From Macrostomum lignano (lineage: Eukaryota): a stretch of DNA of 48,421 bases. The stretch spans positions 1-48,421 of the forward strand of contig NIVC01003677.1 in NCBI GenBank assembly GCA_002269645.1. The letters are read 5' to 3'. Positions 25,799 to 48,421 of this stretch are shown one piece after another. Under the pieces are notes generated by a model. It saw only the letters and a list, made by a program, of their open reading frames with translations. It did not search any database and was not told where the DNA came from. How positions within the stretch are numbered: the first letter of the stretch is position 1; the number at the start of each line of letters is the position of its first letter. The translations under genes were made by a program, and so were the position numbers.

Positions 25799-26844
25799 CC
25801 CTCAACACTATCCTCATGTGTAGCAGTTGTTCGTTTATGTTCTTCAACAAGTCTACAGTCATGCTTAACATAAGTTTTCTAATGCCTAACGACTGTTCTT
25901 TTGAGTTTAAAAAACCCCACAAACGAGCCAAATAAAACGCTAGAAACTGATTAGCACGAGCCGAACAAGTTTATTCATTTAAGATATCCGCTAGTTCAGC
26001 CAATCTATCAGCCGTCTCAGTCAATTTGTCACGAACCGAAAATTCTTGCTTCTGCCAACTTTAAAGACGGCTGATTAGGTGCCCCGTTTGGTGTGCGCGC
26101 AACTGCAAAATTTGTTGATTAGCTGAAGAATCGCTACTTATAATACTACTAACTGTTTCATAGTCAGTAATATCTTGCAAACATTGTCCATGCTTTTTTA
26201 AAGTTACCAAGTTGAGCAAAAGTTCAATCTTGACAAGGTTTGAGAGCTGGGTGCATGAGACAGCTCTGGGCACTCAGTAAAAAAGGATTTTTTAAGTCAC
26301 CGTCATGCAGTTTGAGAACCCAACCAGCCAACTGAAATTTGGGGCTTTCGTGACTTCAATTTCAAGTGTAGTTAAAAGATTGGTCGGCAGCTCGAACCTC
26401 AGGGGGAGGGGTCCAGGCTCAGGAGTCGACCTACCGCTTGAGGTGTGAGCAGGAATTGAGCAAAGGGAGGAAATGAGCCTCCGTTAGAAAGGCCTGGAGA
26501 AATCTCAACCCTGCTCAAGGCTTGAAGAGTTCTTCAAAGTTTTTTACCTAGCTATACCGCTTTAAGCGAAGTTTAAAGTACGTTTTGCAAGGTGGGGGCA
26601 TGGAAGACAAAGTGGTATACTGTTGGAGACACCGGGAAAGTTGTCAAGCTAAGCTTGAGAATAAATTAAGCCCTGGTAAAGAATTCTAGTATTAAACTAG
26701 CTAAACTAAACTTAATAAAAAATTAATAACCTACATGTTGGCTTTAATCTTGTGCAGTCAATATTGTTAATCTCAAAAAAGATACTCAGCCTAATATATC
26801 AGATCCCTTATGAGCTTTGGGAAATGAACGATCCCTATGAGCAG

Positions 26845-27237
26845 TATCCCATGAGCCACAGCATTTCAGCCATTCCCCCATGAGCCACAGCATTTCAGCA
26901 ATACCCCATGAGCCACAGCATTTCGGCCATACCCCATGAGCCACAGCATTGCGGCCATACCCCATGAGCCACAGCATTGCGGCCATACCCCCATGAGCCA
27001 CAGCATTGCGGCCATACCCCATGAGCCACAGCATTGCGGCCATACCCCCATGAGCCACAGCATTTCAGCAATTCCCCTATGAGCCACAGCATTTCAGCAA
27101 TACCCCCATGAGCCACAGCATTTCAGCAATCCCCCCATGAGCCACAGCATTTCAGCAATACCCCCATGAGCCACAGCATTTCAGCAATACCCCCATGAGC
27201 CACAGCATTTCAGCAATACCCCCATGAGCCACAACAT
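26845..27237. repeat. ~30-bp minisatellite, ~13 units (CCCCATGAGCCACAGCATTTCAGCAATAC)
   Basis: Seen directly. Confidence 0.95.
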
Positions 27238-28169
27238 TGACAAAAGCCTTCTTGACGCCTTGACACCTCATCATTATCCCAGAAATTTTAGGAACTTTGT
27301 GTAGCGTTTGTCTGCTTCAGTTATCCATGGTGACGGTGCAAAAAGTTCTTGAACCTTGCTTTTGCCTCTCAACAGCAGCAGCAGCAGCAGCTGGAAGCCC
27401 GCGACCGGTTCACGACTGTGCAACTCGAGGGCTCAACAGAGAAACTGAAATGTCCAACTGCTCAACCGAGTTGCTCAGCTTCCTTCATCATGGCCAGATG
27501 GGAAGTTATGATGAATTCGCTGTTCAGTCAGGCGCGTCAGGTAAGCTGCTGGATGCTGGATAATTACAGAACCTTGCACTTTTTTGCTGCCCCATAAATT
27601 CTGACAGATTCTGTATTGAAGTTCGATCTCTTCGACAAATTTTCACAGCAGTAGCATCATGGGTGCATGTTTTCAGTTATAAAAGTACTAGTGAGTGTAC
27701 TATTGTAATATTCCCGCATACGATATTGAGATAGCAAAATCTGAAAGTAAATAAAATTTGATAGCTTATTTAACTTCCATTTAATGAGAGAGAGAACAGA
27801 TACCGGAGAAGACACGGGAATCTAATCAATAATTAGAGCCGTGTATATTTTCAGGATAAAATATTGAAGTGTTTCTGTGAGGAGCGTTTCAGGGGGTGGG
27901 AGGGGTTTGACAGCAAGCGTTTGTTCAAGCGTTCTTCCTTCCTTTCACAAGTAAGGAAGAACTCAATCATAATTTTTTTAATGGTAAACTGGAAATTTTA
28001 CCTAGCAAATCTGCAAATCATGAACAATATAACAGCTTCAGTTTCAACTTTATCAGCCCAGCGGCTCTTACATGCATCAGTGATGTCTTACATAAAACTC
28101 CAAACGTCCGAGATGAAAAGTTATGATTTTAGTCTATGGTCTGCAAACTTTGAAGTTTAAGACTTTGTA

Positions 28170-28445
28170 TTAGAGGCAGGGGGCCTGTGTGCACCCTGGC
28201 GCACCTTAAGCGACAATGTCACACAACCGGCGAGAGGCCCATTCCAAAGACGAAACTGCCCATTCCGCCGACTCCGATGAGCAGGCACACAAGCGCGCGG
28301 ATACGTACGCAGTCATGCACACACTCACACAGGAGTGTACGCGACCCTAACTTTATATTAATCGTTAGGCATGTGCACTTCACTGTGCCTGTAAACCAAG
28401 CCGAGATTTCACACTAGGAATCGAGTCTGGACCGCTAGCACATAA
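28170..28445 (-). mobile_element. tRNA-derived SINE, copy 2 (5'-truncated, B-box remnant)
   Basis: Shares cattccgccgact...gagcaggcacac, ccctaacttta...tcgttaggcatgt.cacttcactgtgcc, ccaagccgagatt and ggaatcgag.ctgg.ccgct.gcaca with copy 1. Confidence 0.75.
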
Positions 28446-29691
28446 GAACAGACAAAGGGATTTTGTTGTGTAAATAGGAGCTAATATGATTTTTTAACGC
28501 TCAATAGTCTCTCTTAAAAGCGCTTTTTGATCTTCAACTAATTAGCCAGAATTCATTAGCTGAAGAAACCATTAATTAATTAATTAATTAATTAGTTTCA
28601 TAGACAAAATGTAAACTCATCTCAAGGTCTGATATTTTAATGAGAGATATCACTGATTCATGACAGGCTGATGAAATTGGAACTGAATCTATAAGCCTGT
28701 CTTTCACATTTGTGATTTGTAAGGCTGTCTACAATGGTTTGATTCGTACATGATTCGTACATTCGTACATTCGTAAAATGATTCACTTTGCCAACTGTAT
28801 AAAATGGAACGTACGACCTGTATTTGAATGTTTGCAATCTTGCAAACATCAATTCGTTTTCACACAAAGTTTCAGAGAAACCGCTGGATCCTGATGAATA
28901 TACATTTTCAACAGCAATTGTTCCCTTGCACTTCTGTATTGACAAAGAAGCACCACTAGTAAGTCAAATAGATCAGGAGAAATTTCCATATATGGAGGCC
29001 CAAAACTGGCACGATCAGAGAACAAACTCTCTTCCACGTGTTGAATTTGACTTGACGAAAAGTCCTATTGGCCAAGAAACGCATCCTCAGTCATTCTATA
29101 GGCCAAGTAAACATTTATGAAGAGTTTGTTTAATCTTCTATTTATAACTCTCAAGTTGCAGCAGAAATGAAGATTGCGCTAGCATCCAACGATGAATTAT
29201 TGAGAAGCAGAAATAACTCGGTAGGTTGGTAAGCTAGTGGACTGACAAATACTATAAATATGTGAAATGAAAATTTCTTGTATATACTAAAAAAGTTCGT
29301 CAAGTTAGAAAAACTTAATTGTCTGAAGATTGCCGTTTGCAGTCTCAGCTTGCTCCCATTGACTACAAGCTTCAGCCAATCAGAACTTAGCTAGATCTGT
29401 TCCCTGTTTTATCTTAAGTTTAGAACTGTCTTAAATCGCAGCCCATAGCGCAACCCATAGCCAGCGTCCCATAGATCGAACAGGTGAAAATCTATCCCAT
29501 AGCATGAATTTGAGAAACCTAAAAAACCGACTGATACGTCATAAACGCCATTAGCGCCCTGTCGAATCCAGTCAACTAGATAATAAATCCAAGTAAAGTC
29601 CCAAAACGTGACGCTCGAACATAAAACATCAGAGGCTAGTGCGAGACGATCTTTCGAAGGCGACGGCGGCTTCGGTGGCCGCGCCAGAGGC

Positions 29692-46347
<16,656 letters not shown>

Positions 46348-46629
46348 TTGTCTTCATATTTTAGTTTACAATGAGTCAACAAAGGCACATAGGTTCTAAA
46401 CTAGTTGGCCTTACCGCCAAACAGTGTTGGGCATTTTCCATTAGCTAACGTTAACGTACTGTCGTTAAGTTTTTTAACTAACTGATTAACTAATTCCCAT
46501 AAAGTTTCGCTCTTATTGATAAAACGAGTGACATGATAGGAGCGTAATGCTTCAGAGAGTGCAAACACTCTCTAATTGATAACAACTATCAATTGATAAT
46601 TGATAACAACTATCGTGAAATTCTAAAAA

Positions 46630-46815
46630 TTGGAAATAAATAAGTTATGGAATAGGGGCCTCTTTTTAGTGTCGCCATTCCCAATGGGCGCCATCAAGGG
46701 GGCGGCTAGGCAGAGTGACCTGCTGAGTCCTTTTTTGTATGCGCAAAAGGTACAGCAAAAAGGGGCACGATATGTTTTTTTCATTCCCATACGGCAAAAG
46801 CTATATTTTCTTTGA
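46630..46815 (+). mobile_element. Possible tiny LINE reverse-transcriptase relic
   Basis: KGAARQSDLLSPFLY resembles the RT motif GVRQGDPLSPxLF; no other RT motif was found. Confidence 0.25.
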
Positions 46816-48049
46816 TAGTTAAGAAAATATGGTCAAATTAGTTCACTTCTTTGATAGTGAAAGTATAATGAATAAAAAATGAGCCAACAAGGGTATGTTC
46901 TTGGATCTAGTAAGATCGTCTACAAGAACAAAATCGAAAAATCCGGACTTTTTTAACGTCAACGATAACGGATTTATGTCTATAAATGATTTTGTTAAGA
47001 TCTTCTGTTTTTGAGTGAGTGACACTTGTCACTAAAAGAACCTAAACGTTAGAACCTAAATTATTCACTACCAGTACCCGACGCTGGCGCAGTAAAGATT
47101 AAAAGATTTTTAGTCTCTTTTTAGTAGAAAGCTGTAAACTTTCAAAATAATTTTTTGAAACTTGAATTGTTGGACATTACGACTAAAAACTTGAACTCAA
47201 ATGTATTACTAGTAGCAGTAACCTAAGTATTAAATAATAAAAATTGCATGATACCAGTGTAAAGCATTTATATAATATATTGTATCCTCTATTGCAGTTA
47301 TTGTTGTTAAATGCACTCTATAAAATGAAGCCCGTTATTGTATTGCTTTAATGCTCAGATAAATAAGCCACAAATATTTACATTATGCAGCCATGTAATC
47401 CACTGTCACTAATTGTGTAATTGTGTAAATGTTGTACATTCATGCGTTGCTAGCTATAGTCTCTTATTTTATTTATTGTCGTTGACAGCCTCGAATTTGT
47501 AGAAACAGATTGTAATCAATTGCAAAAATGTTTTCAATAGTTTTCCAGTTTTCAGCAAATTATATTTGTGATAATCTGAAACTAGGAGAAACAACCGCGA
47601 TTTGACTTAAAATTTTCTAAAATATGTTTTTTTCTATCTGTGCTGCCCAAGTGTCAATGAAGCGCATTGCCTACGAAGATATTCGATACACGATGCAACT
47701 TGAGCACATTCTAACGTTTTTAGCACATTGACATGCTATGATTTCGAAAAATGATGGCTTACATTCAAATAAAAATTACTGAAGTACGCGTTACTTATCT
47801 ACTAATTTGACTTTCATAATTAAAAAAACTAATATTTTTGTTTTAAAGGTTAGACTGCGCATACTATTAGAATTTGTGCGCTAGACAAAGCGCTTTAAGG
47901 TATCATGTCAACGAATTCGAAAAGCAGCTCATCATCTGCAATTATGATGGTGTAACGAAGTGACTTCGTAGTGGTATTTCAGCCATATGTTACCGAATTA
48001 TCCTCCTAACTCACCTCTGTTCATGGCAGTCACCAACCTAACCATCACT

Positions 48050-48296
48050 GTTCGTAAAAATTAACGCCCTTGAGGGCCAACCCACGAAGCACGTTGAGGT
48101 GTACACTCCGAACGTTGAATAGCTTCGTAAAATTAGGGTCCTGTGAATGTGTTTTTCCAGTGCGTATGACTGCGTACGTATCCGCGCGTTTGTGTGCCTG
48201 CTCAGGGGAGTCGGTGGAATGGGCAGCAATGCCTCTCGCTGGTTGTTTGAATGACGCTCAAAGTGCACACAGCCCCCTGCCTCTAACTGAAAGCTA
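48050..48296 (+). mobile_element. tRNA-derived SINE, copy 3 (body and 3' end; head not recognisable)
   Basis: Reverse complement shares ttagaggcagggg.ctgtgtgcac, gcgagaggc, gagcaggcacacaa.cgcgcggatacgtacgcagtcat with copy 2, and ccttgagg.ccaaccc with copy 1. Confidence 0.75.
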
Positions 48297-48421
48297 AGCA
48301 TCCCCTGCCTCTGTGTTTATGACATTTAAAACGACGAACAAAAATATCGTGTTGTTTCTCAACGTGACGATGTAATCGCATCGCCCAATGCTCGCCGAAA
48401 TGCCGCAAAGAACATTCTCTT

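Noticed and set aside
28660-28702. Hairpin enclosing TGATGA...CTGA (C/D-box-like)
   Set aside because: Only ~8 nt separate the boxes; too short for a snoRNA, and likely chance.
28658-29220. Short ORFs upstream of the SOL-1-like ATG
   Set aside because: No recognisable domain and no consistent splice path.

Overview
Animal (invertebrate) genomic DNA with short GT-AG introns and many satellites. It is plausibly a lophotrochozoan such as a free-living flatworm (inference only). Two multi-exon genes point away from each other. (1) Minus strand, ATG at 12989, running off the left edge: about 33 exons encoding a >3,100-aa secreted protein with signal peptide, EMI-like domain, EGF-like modules, a long run of FN3/Ig-like modules with DxT/SPP linkers and a DUF642-like sugar-binding module. 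(2) Plus strand, 29692-46347: a 9-exon, ~832-aa SOL-1-like protein with five CUB domains and a hydrophobic C-terminal tail. Both genes contain 1-nt deletions in short homopolymers that look like long-read assembly errors. Between and inside them are a degenerate Crypton-type (DUF3504) tyrosine-recombinase element next to a ~1-kb N gap, three copies of a tRNA-derived SINE, LINE/Helitron-like relics and at least ten different micro/minisatellites. All protein-family assignments come from motif recognition by eye; no database search was run.
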